From Jatrophihabitans sp. (GTDB taxonomy: Bacteria > Actinomycetota > Actinomycetes > Mycobacteriales > Jatrophihabitantaceae): DNA of 64,000 nucleotides. Under the pieces are notes generated by a model. That model saw only the letters and a list, made by a program, of their open reading frames with translations, was not told the origin of the DNA and made no database searches. The stretch lies in the NCBI RefSeq assembly GCF_036389035.1, contig NZ_DASVQQ010000027.1; one strand, written 5' to 3'. Positions 33,211-44,141 of this stretch are shown in pieces (position 1 is the stretch's first letter; each line of letters starts with the position of its first letter). The position numbers were made by a program, and so were the translations under genes.

Positions 33211-34035
33211 GTGTACCCCGACGACGTCCTGGCTTCGAGCTCCACCCGTGGACGTAAGGCTGTTCGGCAGGTCCCGGCCGAGCCGGAGCTGGCGGTGGAG
33301 ACGCTGGACGGCTACTGCGGCGCGGTGGTCGCGCTGGGCCGGACGGTGGTGGCCGGCGAGCAACGCGACACCGTCACCCTGGCCGACCGCTCCGACCGGC
33401 GCCGGGAGTTTCCGATGCTGCCGGCCAGCTTCCTGCTCGAGGGCGAGCTGGTGACGCTGGTCCGGCCGACGCCGGCAGCGACCGGCCCGGCCCGGCCGGG
33501 TCGCACCGCGTCCGGTTCGGTCGCCGTGGCCGGGGTCAGGGCGCAGGTGGCCAAGGCCAGCCGGATCTGGGTCGAGGGGGTGCACGACGCGGCCCTGGTA
33601 GAGCGGATCTGGGGTGAGGACCTGCGGATCGAGGGGATCGTGGTGCAGCCGCTGGGCGGCATCGACGACCTGGCCGAGCAGGTCCGGCAGTTCCAGCCGG
33701 GCCCCGGCCGGCGGCTCGGGGTGCTGGTGGACCACCTGGTGCCCGGCTCGAAGGAGACCCGGATCGCCGCCGGCGTCACCTCACCGCACGTGCTGATCAA
33801 CGGCCACCCCTACGTCGACATCTGGCAGGCGGTCAAGCCCACCGCGCTCGGCATCAAGGCCTGGCCGGTGGTCGGCCGCGAGGTCGAGTGGAAGGACGGC
33901 ATCGCCGCCGCGCTGGGGGTCTCGGACACCCGCGAGATGTGGCGGCGGGTGCTGGCCTCGGTGAACAGCTTCGCTGACGTCGAGGTGCCGTTGCTGCGCT
34001 CGGTCGAGGAGCTGATCGACTTCGTGACCGGCTGA
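33211..34035 (+). CDS. DUF3097 family protein (TOPRIM-like)
   Basis: SRIWVEGVHDAALVERIWG, VLVDHLVPGSKE, GHPYVDIWQAVKP. Confidence 0.85.
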   Translation: MYPDDVLASSSTRGRKAVRQVPAEPELAVETLDGYCGAVVALGRTVVAGEQRDTVTLADRSDRRREFPMLPASFLLEGELVTLVRPTPAATGPARPGRTASGSVAVAGVRAQVAKASRIWVEGVHDAALVERIWGEDLRIEGIVVQPLGGIDDLAEQVRQFQPGPGRRLGVLVDHLVPGSKETRIAAGVTSPHVLINGHPYVDIWQAVKPTALGIKAWPVVGREVEWKDGIAAALGVSDTREMWRRVLASVNSFADVEVPLLRSVEELIDFVTG

Positions 34036-34036
34036 C

Positions 34037-35302
34037 TCAGAACGGGGTGGCGTTCCAGGGCTGCTGCGCGGTCCAGAACATCGACTCCAACCGGGCGGCC
34101 GCCCCGGGCGTCTCCTCGTCGACCAGGCCGGCCAACTGCTGGGCGGCCACCGTGACGCCGCCGAGGTAGATGCCGGCCAGCGCCCGCTGTGACAGCCGCA
34201 GGTCCGCGGTGGCCGCCGGGGTGGCCCGGCACTCGGCGTGCGTCGGGCCGCCGTCCAGGGTGAACCGGCCGGCCGCCCAGCCGCCGTCACGGTCCACCAC
34301 CTCCAGCACCAGCCGATCGGTGCTGGCGTAGCGGCGTGCCGACAGCGCCGCCGGGACGTCCAGCAGCCGCAGCCACTCGTTGTCGCCGACCCAGGTGCGC
34401 TGCGCGGCCCGGCCGTCGGAGAGCAGCCACTCCAGCGGCTCGTCCACGGCGTAGCCGTTCAGCTGCAGCACCCGGACCAGGTCGAGGTTGAGCAGGTAGT
34501 GCCACAACGCCCGGTAGGCGTCGTCGGTGGCGGCCAGCACCTCGTCGACGGTGGCCTGCGCCTGGTCCTCCGGGTGCAGGAACCAGTCGCCGTCATTGGC
34601 CCGCCACATGGCGTAGCCGTCCACCCTGCCTTCGGCGTTGCGGGCCACCACGCACACCGGCTCGTGAGCGCCTGGTGGACGCAGGCCGTTCAGGCCCAGC
34701 CGGCGCTGCCAGTCGACGGCGGCCCGGTCGATCTGGCCGGCGCGCCGCCGCCGCGCCCGGCGGTGGACGTCACTGGCGGGCCCGGGCAGCTGGTCCAGTT
34801 CGATGCCGATCAGCTGGTGGGCGGTCTCGGGCGGCCGGATCTGCGGCCGGCGCACCGACAGGATCCGGTAGTTGGCGCCCATCACGGCCGGCCAGTACCC
34901 GAACCGGCCGTAGATCTGCCATTCGGCGGCCTTGAGCAGGCTGGCCACCTCGCCCCGGTCCTTGGCGTCCTGCAGCGACCGGGTCAGCATCCCGGTGAGC
35001 AGCCCCTGGCGCCGGTGGGTGCCGGCGACCGTCACCTGGGTGAGCGCGTCGATCGGCAGCTCGGCGTGCTCGGCAGTCCCGGACGGGATCGTCATGGTGG
35101 TGGGAAACGTCCGCAGGGTGGCCACGCAGCGACCTTCGACGTAGCCGCCGAACGTCCGCTCCGGATTCCACACCTGCTGCCACCAGGGCAGCGACTGGCC
35201 ACCGCCAGCAGCGGGGTTGACCAGCAGGGTGGTGCGCATGGCTCGCAACCACGGGGTGATCTCGTCCTGCTGGACGTTCCGGATCTCGGGTTTCGACATC
35301 AT
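34037..35302 (-). CDS. Eis-like GNAT acetyltransferase (GNAT-GNAT-SCP2)
   Basis: VTVAGTHRRQGLLTGM acetyl-CoA loop, IYGRFGY, WLRLLDVPAALSARRY, C-terminal Phe. Confidence 0.88.
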   Translation of the reverse strand: MMSKPEIRNVQQDEITPWLRAMRTTLLVNPAAGGGQSLPWWQQVWNPERTFGGYVEGRCVATLRTFPTTMTIPSGTAEHAELPIDALTQVTVAGTHRRQGLLTGMLTRSLQDAKDRGEVASLLKAAEWQIYGRFGYWPAVMGANYRILSVRRPQIRPPETAHQLIGIELDQLPGPASDVHRRARRRRAGQIDRAAVDWQRRLGLNGLRPPGAHEPVCVVARNAEGRVDGYAMWRANDGDWFLHPEDQAQATVDEVLAATDDAYRALWHYLLNLDLVRVLQLNGYAVDEPLEWLLSDGRAAQRTWVGDNEWLRLLDVPAALSARRYASTDRLVLEVVDRDGGWAAGRFTLDGGPTHAECRATPAATADLRLSQRALAGIYLGGVTVAAQQLAGLVDEETPGAAARLESMFWTAQQPWNATPF

Positions 35303-35384
35303 GTCCCGACCCTGTCACAGGCCTTCGCCGCCGGTCGTGCGATTCAGGCCAGTCGCGCGCCGTGTCTGCCAGAGCCGCCCGGGA

Positions 35385-35433
35385 TCTCAGCCAGCCGAGC
35401 CTCAGAGCCAGTTGAGCCTCAGAGCCAGCTGAG
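35385..35433. repeat. 17-bp duplication of the CPBP gene end including its stop codon
   Basis: CCTCAGAGCCAG(T/C)TGAG at 35400 and 35417, with a degenerate third copy at 35385. Confidence 0.8.
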
Positions 35434-36315
35434 CCGGTCGTGCAGCGCGGCGTAACCGACGAAGCTCACGATGTCGATCACGCTGTGCGCGATGACCAGC
35501 GGCAGCACCCGCTTGGTCCGGGTGAACCACCAGCCGAACAGCAGCCCCATGATCAGGTTGCCGACGAAGCCGCCGAGGCCCTGATAGGTGTGGTAGCTGG
35601 CCCGGATGAGGGCGCTGACCAGGATTGCCCAGCCGGCCGTCCAGTTCATCGCCCGCAGCCGGGTGAGCAGGTAGCCGACGATCACGATCTCTTCGAGCAC
35701 GCCGTTCTTGATGGCCTCCAGGATCAGCACCGGGTAGCGGTACCAGATCTCGGCCAGGCCGGAGGCTTGCAGCTCGGCGTTGAGCCCGAAGTGCCGGGCC
35801 AGGATCAGCAACCCCAGGCCGGGTAGCCCGATCAGCGCGGCGATTCCCAGACCCTGCAAGGTTTCGCGGGGGAGCCGCAGCCGGTCCAGGCCGATCCCGA
35901 AGCCGGCCAGGCCCGGCACCCGGCTCAGCAGCAGCAGCGCCAGCAGCGCCGGAATGATGCCGTTGAGCAGCCCGAGCAGCTGATAGGACAGGTCGACCCA
36001 GGCTCGCGGGCTCTCGGCCGGGTTGAGCGTGGCGGTGGCGCCGCGAAAGCCGCCCCGGGTCTGGATGTCGAGGAAGTTGACCCAGGAGTAGAGGGCCGAG
36101 ATGCCCAGCGACACCCCGAGCACCAGCAGCACCTCGAGGCCCAGCCGGTCCACGCGCCTGGCCGGGCCCGTCCCGGCAGCCGACGTGCCCGTACCGGCAG
36201 CCGACGTGCCCGTATCGGCAGCCGAGGCGCTCGATTGGGCAGTCGTGCCTGAACCGGCGGCAGGGATCGGCTCGGGTCCGAGGTCGGCTCCGGGTACCGG
36301 CGAGGCGGAGGTCAC
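35419..36315 (-). CDS. CPBP (Abi/CAAX protease-like) intramembrane metalloprotease
   Basis: EEIVIVGYLLTRL, RASYHTYQG, LVIAHSVID motifs. Confidence 0.88.
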   Translation of the reverse strand: MTSASPVPGADLGPEPIPAAGSGTTAQSSASAADTGTSAAGTGTSAAGTGPARRVDRLGLEVLLVLGVSLGISALYSWVNFLDIQTRGGFRGATATLNPAESPRAWVDLSYQLLGLLNGIIPALLALLLLSRVPGLAGFGIGLDRLRLPRETLQGLGIAALIGLPGLGLLILARHFGLNAELQASGLAEIWYRYPVLILEAIKNGVLEEIVIVGYLLTRLRAMNWTAGWAILVSALIRASYHTYQGLGGFVGNLIMGLLFGWWFTRTKRVLPLVIAHSVIDIVSFVGYAALHDRLSWL

Positions 36316-36807
36316 CTAACCATTCTGGCCGTAACGCAGGCCGACGTCGCCACAGGCCTGGCAGACCTCGGCAGGGATGACACCGGCGCGCATCAGTTGG
36401 CCGAACACCACGCAGCCCAGGCAGAGCGCGAACACCGACTCCAGCAGCGCGGCGAGCGCGATCGCGGCCAGCAGCACCCGGGCCGACCCGGTAGCGCCGA
36501 AGCCGAGGTGCGCGAGCGCGGCGGCCGTGCTGAGGGTGGCGCCGATGGCTTGGGCGAACCGCTTCGGCGGTCCGGGCACCAGCTTCGGCGCTCCCAGCTT
36601 CGGCGCGACCAGCCGGGTCGCCAGCAGCCCCAACGGGCTGTATCGGGGGCCGGAGGCCACCCGCAGCGCGAAGCCGACCGCGATCGGCAGTGCCAGCCAG
36701 GTCAGGCCGGGAAGCAGGGCCAGCAGGCACAGCACCACAACGCCGGCGGCGACCACCCGGGCCGCTTTCTCGTTCACCGGGTTGGGAAAGCTGAGCAGCG
36801 CTGTCAT
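36316..36807 (-). CDS. DUF4395 membrane protein
   Basis: PVNEKAARVVA, GPPKRFAQAIG, LESVFALCLGC. Confidence 0.85.
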   Translation of the reverse strand: MTALLSFPNPVNEKAARVVAAGVVVLCLLALLPGLTWLALPIAVGFALRVASGPRYSPLGLLATRLVAPKLGAPKLVPGPPKRFAQAIGATLSTAAALAHLGFGATGSARVLLAAIALAALLESVFALCLGCVVFGQLMRAGVIPAEVCQACGDVGLRYGQNG

Positions 36808-36883
36808 CGGCTAAGGATAACCAGCCGATCCGACATTTCCGACCAAAAGTCGCAGGTGGGGACCAACAGCTGAACCGGGGCTG

Positions 36884-37510
36884 TCAGTGGCCGCGGGCGA
36901 TCCACTCCTCCAGCTGCGGCGCCTCTTCACCGATCGTGGTCGAGTCGCCGTGGCCGGTGCGCACCACGGTGTCGGCCGGCAGGGTGAAAAGCTCGGAGCG
37001 GATGGTGTCCAGCAGCGTGCCGAAGTTGGAGTAGGACCGTCCGGTGGCGCCGGGGCCGCCCTTGAACAGCGTGTCGCCGCTGAACACCGTTCCCAGCTCG
37101 GCGGCGTAGTAGCAGACCCCGCCCGGCGAGTGCCCGGGGGTGTGCCGCGCCTCGATGGTGACACCGGCGGCCTGCACCTGCTCGCCGTGAGACAGCGGCA
37201 CGAACTCGAAGTCCGGATAGAGCTGGCGCCACAGCATCTCATCGGCCGGATGCAACCGGACCGGAGCCCCGGTGGCCACGTGCAACTGCCGGGCGGCCGT
37301 CACGTGATCGTCGTGGGCGTGGGTGCACAGGATGGCGGTCAGCTGCCGGCCGTGGATCAGCTCCAGGATCGGCGACAGCTGATGCGGAGCGTCGATGACG
37401 ACGCACTCGGTGTCATTGCCCACCAGCCAGACGTTGTTGTCCACCTCCCAGCTGCCGCCGTCGAGGTTGAACGTCCCCGAGGTGGTGGTGTGCTCGATGC
37501 GAGCGCTCAT
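36884..37510 (-). CDS. MBL-fold hydrolase, partner of mscR (Rv2260-like)
   Basis: THAHDDH, HTPGHSPG, FSGDTLF, RTGHG. Confidence 0.9.
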   Translation of the reverse strand: MSARIEHTTTSGTFNLDGGSWEVDNNVWLVGNDTECVVIDAPHQLSPILELIHGRQLTAILCTHAHDDHVTAARQLHVATGAPVRLHPADEMLWRQLYPDFEFVPLSHGEQVQAAGVTIEARHTPGHSPGGVCYYAAELGTVFSGDTLFKGGPGATGRSYSNFGTLLDTIRSELFTLPADTVVRTGHGDSTTIGEEAPQLEEWIARGH

Positions 37511-37515
37511 CGGTA

Positions 37516-37677
37516 GTCTCCGCTCTTCGCGCTAGCGCTCATCGCCAGCTGAGGTCCGCTCCTCGGCGCTGCGCGCCTGCGATGCTCCCTCATCCGTTGT
37601 CTCCGCTCTTCGCGCTAGCGCTCATCGCCGGCTGAGGTCCGCTCCTCGGCGCTGCGCGCCTGCGATGCTCCCTCATC
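37516..37677 (-). repeat. MIRU-like intergenic tandem repeat, two ~79-bp units (period 83), each a 28-codon mini-ORF
   Basis: Units start at 37516 and 37599 and are near identical. Mini-ORFs 37676-37590 and 37593-37507 are linked by TGATG/ATGA overlaps. Confidence 0.9.
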
Positions 37678-38773
37678 AGGCCTCCTCGTCGAAGACGACC
37701 ACCGAACGCAGCACGTCGCCGTTGTGCATCTTGGTGAACGCCGCCTCGATGTCGCCGATGCCGATGGTCTCGGTGACGAACCTGTCCAGCGGCAGGCGCC
37801 CTTGCAGGTAAAGCTCGATCAGCATCGGAAAGTCGCGCGAGGGCAGGCAGTCGCCGTACCAGGAGGACTTCAACGCGCCACCGCGGCTGAAGACGTTGAG
37901 CAGTCCCAACTCGATCTTGGCCTGGGGTTCCGGAACGCCGACCAGCACCACCGTGCCGGCCAGGTCGCGGGCCAGGAATGCCTGCTTGTAGGTCTTGGGC
38001 GTGCCGACCGCGTCCACCACCACGTCGGCGCCGAAACCGCCGGTCGCCTCCCGGATCGCCTCCACCGGATGGGTGGTCGTGGAGTTGATCACGTGGGTGG
38101 CGCCGAATTCGCGGGCGGCCACCAGCTTTCGCTCGTCGATGTCGACGCCGATGATGGTCGTCGCGCCGGCCAGTCGCGCCCCGGCGATCGCCGCCATTCC
38201 CACCCCGCCACAGCCGATCACGGCGATCGAGTCACCCCGGCCGACCCCGCCGGTGTTGATCGCCGCGCCCAGGCCGGCCATCACGCCGCAGCCGAGCAGG
38301 CCGGCCACCGTGGCCGAGGCCTGCGGATCGACCTTGGTGCACTGACCGGCGGCGACCAGCGTCTTGTCGGCGAACGCGCCGATGCCCAGCGCCGCCGAGA
38401 GCTCCGTGCCGTCTTCCAGGGTCATCTTCTGGGTGGCGTTGTGGGTGTTGAAGCAGTACTGCGGCCGACCCCGGCTGCAGGCCCGGCACTGGCCGCAGAC
38501 CGCCCGCCAGTTCAGGATCACGAAGTCGCCGGGGGCCACCTCGGTGACGCCCGCGCCGACGCTCTCGACGACGCCGGCGGCCTCATGCCCCAGCAGGAAC
38601 GGAAAGTCGGCGCTGATGCCACCGTTGCGGTAGTGCAGGTCGGTATGGCAGACCCCGCAGGCGCCGATCTTGACCACGGCTTCGCCCGGACCGGGATCCG
38701 GGACGTTGATCGTGACCAGTTCGACCGGCTGGTCCTTGCTGCGGGCGATGACGGCGCGGACTTGTTGGCTCAT
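37676..38773 (-). CDS. mscR: S-(hydroxymethyl)mycothiol dehydrogenase / S-nitrosomycothiol reductase
   Basis: [55 protein letters not shown]. Confidence 0.92.
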   Translation of the reverse strand: MSQQVRAVIARSKDQPVELVTINVPDPGPGEAVVKIGACGVCHTDLHYRNGGISADFPFLLGHEAAGVVESVGAGVTEVAPGDFVILNWRAVCGQCRACSRGRPQYCFNTHNATQKMTLEDGTELSAALGIGAFADKTLVAAGQCTKVDPQASATVAGLLGCGVMAGLGAAINTGGVGRGDSIAVIGCGGVGMAAIAGARLAGATTIIGVDIDERKLVAAREFGATHVINSTTTHPVEAIREATGGFGADVVVDAVGTPKTYKQAFLARDLAGTVVLVGVPEPQAKIELGLLNVFSRGGALKSSWYGDCLPSRDFPMLIELYLQGRLPLDRFVTETIGIGDIEAAFTKMHNGDVLRSVVVFDEEA

Positions 38774-38812
38774 GCCTACTGTTTACCGGACACCGGCGCG
38801 CGACCGCATCAC

Positions 38813-38850
38813 GGGCAGTGCTACGCAGGCAGCGCTATGCGCGGGCAGTG

Positions 38851-38856
<6 letters not shown>
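38813..38856. repeat. 14-bp triplication of the gltA end including the stop codon
   Basis: GGGCAGTGCTACGC 38813, AGGCAGCGCTATGC 38827, GGGCAGTGCTACGC 38843. Confidence 0.8.
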
Positions 38857-40149
<1,293 letters not shown>

Positions 40150-40242
40150 GTCAGACTCCCTTGTCCTGGTGTGCCTAAACCCTACTTCGCGTGCCATCAC
40201 GAGCCCGAACCGCCAACCCGAGACCGGCCATAGGATCGAGGA

Positions 40243-40716
40243 ATGGCCCGAATCCGAACCGAGCTGACGATCGACGCCCCGGCCCAGGAGGTCTGGGCGC
40301 TGGTCACCGACTGGCCGGCGCAGAGCCGCTGGATCCCGCTGACCACCGTCGCCCTGGATCGGCACAGCCCGGCCGGCTCGGGCCTCGGCGTCCGGTTCAC
40401 CGGCCGCAGCCAGCTCGGACCGATCGGTTTCGACGACCCGATGGAGGTCACCGAGTGGCAGCCGGTGACCGAGGGGGCACCTGGCCACTGCCGGATTCGC
40501 AAACTCGGGCCCTGGTTGACCGGCGGGGCCGAGATCGACGTCCGGCCAGCGGGCGCCGGCACCCTGGTGACCTGGTCGGAGGACGTCCGGCTGCGCTGGA
40601 TGCCCCGCTTCGCCGACCGGCTGCTGGGCCCGGTGATCGGGGCGCTCGGTTCGGCGCTGTTCGGCCGCACCTTGCGCAAGATGGCCGCCGAACTCGCACG
40701 ATCGCGTCCGGAGTGA
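40243..40716 (+). CDS. SRPBCC family protein
   Basis: IDAPAQEVWALVTDW, GFDDPMEVTEW, C-terminal helix. Confidence 0.82.
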   Translation: MARIRTELTIDAPAQEVWALVTDWPAQSRWIPLTTVALDRHSPAGSGLGVRFTGRSQLGPIGFDDPMEVTEWQPVTEGAPGHCRIRKLGPWLTGGAEIDVRPAGAGTLVTWSEDVRLRWMPRFADRLLGPVIGALGSALFGRTLRKMAAELARSRPE

Positions 40717-40728
40717 TGTAGTGAAGTC

Positions 40729-41202
40729 ATGACCGAAACCGATGACACCGCCTTCGGCGACGACGTCTACGCCGCGGGCGACGATGACGCCGAGTACCTG
40801 GACCAGGCCGAGACGCTGACCGGCGAGGGCGCCGAACTCGACGAGCCGCTGGACACCAGCTACTCACCGCCCGACAACAGCCCGGTCGCCACCCGGTTCG
40901 GCAACACCGCGGCCGAGCAGGCCGAGGGCGAGAGCCTGGACCAGCGGCTGGCGCAGGAGATCCCCGACATCACCCCGGACGACATCACCGAAGAGGCTGC
41001 CCCCCGCGCCGGCCGGCTGATTGCCCCGGACGAGGGCGTCCACGAGCTCACCGAAGCCCCGGTCGCGTTCGACGCGGGCAAGGCCGGTAGCGCCGCCAGC
41101 GCCGAAGAGGCTGCCATGCACATCGTGGACGAGGACGAGCTGAACCAGCAGGCCAGCAACGAGGACGACCTGACCGCGGACCCGGTGGACGAGTTCCGCT
41201 GA
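40729..41202 (+). CDS. DUF5709-like acidic protein
   Basis: EGESLDQRLAQE, RAGRLIAPDEG, ASAEEAAMH; highly acidic. Confidence 0.8.
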   Translation: MTETDDTAFGDDVYAAGDDDAEYLDQAETLTGEGAELDEPLDTSYSPPDNSPVATRFGNTAAEQAEGESLDQRLAQEIPDITPDDITEEAAPRAGRLIAPDEGVHELTEAPVAFDAGKAGSAASAEEAAMHIVDEDELNQQASNEDDLTADPVDEFR

Positions 41203-41296
41203 GGCGGGTACGCGCCTGAGCTGCTCTGAGAGTCAGGAGTTCTGGGCTAGGGCAGCGCCAGGTGCTGCTGCTGCCCTAACCCAGGGCAGAGGCAGG

Positions 41297-42028
41297 CTAG
41301 GCCTGGTGCTCGTGGCCGCCGCCACCGCCACCGCCGCCCTCGGCGGGGCCGATGTCCTCCTCGCCGCCGGGGTAGACGAACGAGTCGCGCGGGGCGTAGA
41401 AGGACGAGCCCGTCACCACATTCAGCGGCGAGGCCGGACGCAGCGCGTACACCGGGTGGTCGGCGTCCAGGAACTCGATGGACTGCACCTCGAACGAGCT
41501 CACGAGCTCTCCGATGTAGGGGTAGTTCCCGGCGATCAGCCGGTTGCCCACCCGGGTCACGTAGCGCAGGTGCCCGCCCAGGACGATGTCCGCGGTGTCG
41601 CCCACCTGCGCCCGGGTGCGGATGATCGGCCGCCCGTCCACTGACGTGGTCGCCGTCGCGATGCCGCCCTCCACCTCCAGGGTGGTCGAGCCCGAGGCCG
41701 CCGGGACGCCCCGCTCAGCCGCGTACTCCCGCATCACCTCTGAGGAGTTGAAGTAGTGGGTGAAGAAGCGCGCCGGCGTCACTCCGTCCGGCGCGAACAG
41801 GTCCAGCAGGTCCAGCCCCAGGTAGGTGAGCGAGTACGCCCCGAAGCCTGTCGTCTGCTCCGCCGAGTCCACCACGTACTGGTTCATGTACACGGCGCGG
41901 TTCGCCGCCGGATCCAGGGCCCGTGGCAGGAGCTGCGCGCACGCTTGCAGGTCCTCGGGTATCCAACTGGTATAGAGCATCCGGCTGTTCAGAACGAGCT
42001 GGGGTGCGGCGAGATTGCTGGTTGCCAC
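41297..42028 (-). CDS. Acetoacetate decarboxylase-like fold protein lacking the catalytic Lys
   Basis: Pattern resembles the ADC-like superfamily (LLPRALDP, YSLTYLG, ERGVP); the protein contains no lysine. Confidence 0.6.
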   Translation of the reverse strand: MATSNLAAPQLVLNSRMLYTSWIPEDLQACAQLLPRALDPAANRAVYMNQYVVDSAEQTTGFGAYSLTYLGLDLLDLFAPDGVTPARFFTHYFNSSEVMREYAAERGVPAASGSTTLEVEGGIATATTSVDGRPIIRTRAQVGDTADIVLGGHLRYVTRVGNRLIAGNYPYIGELVSSFEVQSIEFLDADHPVYALRPASPLNVVTGSSFYAPRDSFVYPGGEEDIGPAEGGGGGGGGHEHQA

Positions 42029-42166
42029 GGCGGTGTCCTTTCCGAATCTGCAACCTGTGGAAGGGTTCGGCTAACCCGTCCCGACATACTGTCGCTCCCG
42101 CCGGTCGCCCCGCAAGCGGTCGCAAGTGGGCGCAACTGGTCGCCACCGGGCGGACCTCATGACGAA

Positions 42167-42200
42167 CCGGGCGGCAAGCCATCGCTGGCTTGCCGCCCGG
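42167..42200 (-). terminator. Perfect 15-bp stem hairpin downstream of the M4 peptidase
   Basis: CCGGGCGGCAAGCCA-tcgc-TGGCTTGCCGCCCGG. Confidence 0.7.
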
Positions 42201-42282
42201 TCGCGACTCAGGTCATGCGCCGAGGGTCAGGAGTTGATGATCAGGTGAGACTCCCGCTCGGGTTACTCGGGTCGTCCACTGC

Positions 42283-43857
42283 TCACGGGCAGGTCGGCTC
42301 CCCGGTCTGCGCCCCCAGGCTGACGGCGTTCCAGGCCGCCTTGATGACGTTGAAGTTGGTGCAGTTGCCGGGGGTGAGGCTCTTGGCGGCGTTCAGGGTG
42401 GCGATGCGGTACTTGGCGTAGGTCATCCGGGAGGTCTTCTGCAGCATGGCGTTGTAGAAGATCTTGCCGACCGTCTGGATGCCGATGCCGGTGATGGTGG
42501 AGCCGTTGCAGGTGGAGCTGGCCGGCTGGCCGTTGGTCGGGTTGCTGCCCTCGGAGGCCAGGTAGAACCAGTGGTTACCGGGACCAGCCGCCGCGTGCGT
42601 CTCCATGCGGTCAACCGACTTGGAGTAGCAGTTCGGGTCGCCAGCGGCCGCCGGGTTGTACATGTTGCGGATCGGGCCGCTGCCCACCAGGTTGACCTCT
42701 TCGCCGATCAGGTAGTCCGGCTCGTCGTAGGTGGCGGACTGGTTGGCGTAGAACTCGGTCAGCGTGCCGAGGACGTCGCCGGTGAACTCGGCGACCGCGG
42801 AGGAGCCGATGCCGCCGGGGGTGTTGGCGTCGAGGCCGTGCCCGAACTCGTGACCGACCACGTCCATCGAGGAGATCCACTCACCGGCCTGGTTGTGGCC
42901 GATCGTGACCGAGGAGCCGTTCCAGTAGGCGTTGAGGTCATTGAGGCCCACGTAGATCGGGAAGCCGCCGCCGGAGCCGTTGATGCCGTTACGGCCGAGC
43001 CAGCTGGCCAGCATGCTCCACTGGGTCTTGAGGCCGTAGAGGCTGTCCACGCAGCCGGTCTCGACGTTGCTGCCGACGCCGTTGCCCCACACGTCATCGC
43101 TGCCCGAGAGCACCGCCCGAGAGGTGTAGTCGCGGCAGGAGACGTTCGAGCGGATCGGGTCGGTCATCGTCCAGGTGGTGGTGGTGGGGTGGCTGGTGTC
43201 GATCGCCAGCGGGCTCGGGCCGTTGTAACGCCCGGTGCCGGTTCCCTCGTGCACCTCGTCGAAGGAGTGCAACAGCGCGCCGGTCCTGGCGTCGGTGAAC
43301 ACGTGCAGCTTGCTGGGCTGGGCGCTGGAGCGGCTGGAGACCACGGTCTCGTAGGCCAACCGCGGCGTGCCGTAGGCGAGCACGACCTGCCGGGTGCCGG
43401 CGACCTTCTCGACGGTCTTGTACTTGGCATGGGCCCGGGCGGCGGCCGCGGCCTGGGCCGGGTTGCGGGTGGCGGTGGTGGCCACGTTGATCGTCTGCTC
43501 CTGGGCCACCGAGGTGGACAGCACCTTGCCGGTGGCGTCGGTGACCACCACGAAGTCGCCGCCGACTACCGGCAGGCCCTTGTAGGTGCGGTTATAGGGG
43601 ACGTACTGCAGGCCCTCCGGCGTGGAGATCACCTTCGAGGCGATGAACGCGTCATGGTTGCTGATGTGCAGGGCGGCTGCCCTGGACGCGACCAGGGCGG
43701 CGGCCGATTGCGCGGCCAGCGCGCTGGGTGAGGCCTTGGGGCTGGGCGCGGCGGTAGCCGAGCCGGTGGTAAGTGCGATGCCGGTGACGGCCATGGCCGC
43801 CAAACCCGTGAGGGCGGCAATCGCGGTAAAGCGACGAGGTCGCTGGGCAAGAACCAT
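42283..43857 (-). CDS. Secreted M4 (thermolysin-like) metallopeptidase with FTP/PepSY propeptide
   Basis: Signal peptide, YKGLPVVGG, NAYWNG, HEFGH, EFTGD, GPIRNMYNP. Confidence 0.92.
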   Translation of the reverse strand: MVLAQRPRRFTAIAALTGLAAMAVTGIALTTGSATAAPSPKASPSALAAQSAAALVASRAAALHISNHDAFIASKVISTPEGLQYVPYNRTYKGLPVVGGDFVVVTDATGKVLSTSVAQEQTINVATTATRNPAQAAAAARAHAKYKTVEKVAGTRQVVLAYGTPRLAYETVVSSRSSAQPSKLHVFTDARTGALLHSFDEVHEGTGTGRYNGPSPLAIDTSHPTTTTWTMTDPIRSNVSCRDYTSRAVLSGSDDVWGNGVGSNVETGCVDSLYGLKTQWSMLASWLGRNGINGSGGGFPIYVGLNDLNAYWNGSSVTIGHNQAGEWISSMDVVGHEFGHGLDANTPGGIGSSAVAEFTGDVLGTLTEFYANQSATYDEPDYLIGEEVNLVGSGPIRNMYNPAAAGDPNCYSKSVDRMETHAAAGPGNHWFYLASEGSNPTNGQPASSTCNGSTITGIGIQTVGKIFYNAMLQKTSRMTYAKYRIATLNAAKSLTPGNCTNFNVIKAAWNAVSLGAQTGEPTCP

Positions 43858-44141
43858 GGGTGGGTTCCTTCAGGGTCGGTGAAGCAGGGAGTGATGGGAT
43901 GAACGGGCACGGCTATGGCCTGGCTGTCACAGCGACTTGCAGGCGCGCGCCCACCCCGACTCTGCTGACGGATGAGGGCCCCCCGCGCGTAACTACTGCC
44001 CGTAGCGGACGTTAGCCAGGTCTGCAGACAATTTCAATGGAAGTTCTTATTTTTCGGTCAATGGGTCGAAAGTGGCTGGCGAGGCTGGAGGGGTGATAGT
44101 CGCCCGCTGGTACGACAGGGCTTGGAGCTTTTGGTGGTGTG

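Noticed and set aside
37516-37677. Possible CRISPR array
   Set aside because: Only two long near-identical units with a 4-bp gap, no unique spacers and no cas genes.
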